From assembly GCA_977018835.1 (NCBI GenBank), contig OZ361256.1, forward strand, positions 4,712,001 to 4,776,000: a DNA stretch of 64,000 nucleotides, read 5' to 3'. The position numbers and the translations under genes were made by a program. Position 1 is the first letter of the stretch; each line of letters begins with the position of its first letter. Under the pieces are notes generated by a model, which saw only the letters and a list, made by a program, of their open reading frames with translations, did not search any database and had not been told where the DNA came from. Positions 63,118 through 64,000 of this stretch are shown in pieces. The DNA comes from Minutocellus sp. GHC0000111. Taxonomy: Eukaryota.

Positions 63118-64000
63118 TTAAGCATCGGCTTCCTCCTCCAAATGCGTTTCAAGATCACCAATCTTCTCATCCAACATTTCTCTGGTACTCTTGAGCTTCC
63201 TGAGGGATTCAAATATGTTTACGCCTCCTTTTTGTTGCATCATTTGCCTTGGATTGGCTCGCACCGGCGGGAGGGGTACCGAACCATCAATTCTACCGGT
63301 CAAGATGTACGTCTCCATTTCACCTTTGCCTTTCACATGAATTGTTCCTCGCGACTCGAAGCTAAATGACTTCCCCGCCTTATCTTGCACATCCTTTGTG
63401 CACTGGATCTTGCCGGGAATACCCGTACTTTCCATTCGACTCGCTAGGTTGACGCTGCACACACGTACGCATGTAAGCCGTAGGATACAAGAATTGGTGA
63501 TTGATTAGACGATATGACACAGAGATAGATAGAGCGAGAAAACAAAAGACATCACATCATCATTATACTACTCACGTGTCTCCCCATAAATCATAGAGAA
63601 ATCGCTTGGTACCCACAACACCAGCGACAACGGGACCGACGTTGATGCCGACCCTGAGATTCATTGTCTTGCTCGAATTTCTTCGATTGTAGTCATGAAG
63701 AGCCTCAATCATTTCTAGTCCGAACGAACACATGTGAATGCATTCATCAACTTTCGACTCTACTCCGGGGTGGGATGTAACCATGTCTACGAAATGATGA
63801 TAAGTTCGAAAGGAAGGAAAGGCACGCTGTGAGCTCTCCATGCGGTGCATATTTCATCGCACAGTCCAAATAATTACGCTAGCTACATCACAGTACTCAC
63901 AACAATCTCCGATTGTTTTGACTTTGTTGAGGTCATACTTTTCAACTAGGACGTCGAACATGCTGTAAACGGAACGGGGGCAAATAAATAAAGGAGTGAG
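63118..64000 (-). CDS. 3' exons of a second class III adenylate cyclase, paralogue of 48952-53636 (truncated by the window edge)
   Basis: KVKTIGD, LRVGINVGPVVAGVVGTKRFLYDLWGDT and VNLASRMESTGIPGKIQ. Confidence 0.9.

Overview
Eukaryotic nuclear DNA, most likely a centric diatom or close stramenopile: short GT-AG introns, ASAF-type plastid targeting peptides, a CoDi-like Copia element and two cilia-type genes. Positions 1-24.8 kb are a nested transposon field. It holds a DD39D mariner-like transposase and a decayed Helitron whose RepHel appears fused to N-terminal ubiquitin-like domains ending in LRGG. A complete Copia LTR element (7667-13878, CTTCT target-site duplication) is inserted into the Helitron. 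A TIR-bounded mariner-like element (18630-20489) and a divergent DGQHR/ParB-motif gene follow. Positions 25-64 kb are gene-dense host DNA: WDR76/CMR1-like, cytochrome c, RPAP1-like, CDC48, a zinc deaminase, CFAP97-like, a C2-domain protein, a GCFC-like gene with a 1045-bp tandem duplication, a five-heme-PAS adenylate cyclase plus a paralogue, thioredoxin, GNAT and an FAD oxidoreductase. The strongest unexplained signal is patchy, transposon-restricted conversion of TpA to TpG/CpA. Conserved Tyr residues become Cys/His in the mariner-like and Copia proteins, and TpA is erased in Helitron patches. This runs opposite to fungal RIP and may reflect an undescribed genome-defence mutator. Other highlights: the Copia has a Tudor-like domain after integrase, an in-frame UGA between gag and pol, and a possible tRNA-independent self-priming site, and several host genes carry single in-frame stops or frameshifts. 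All family calls are by-eye motif recognition and all counts are hand counts; no searches were run.
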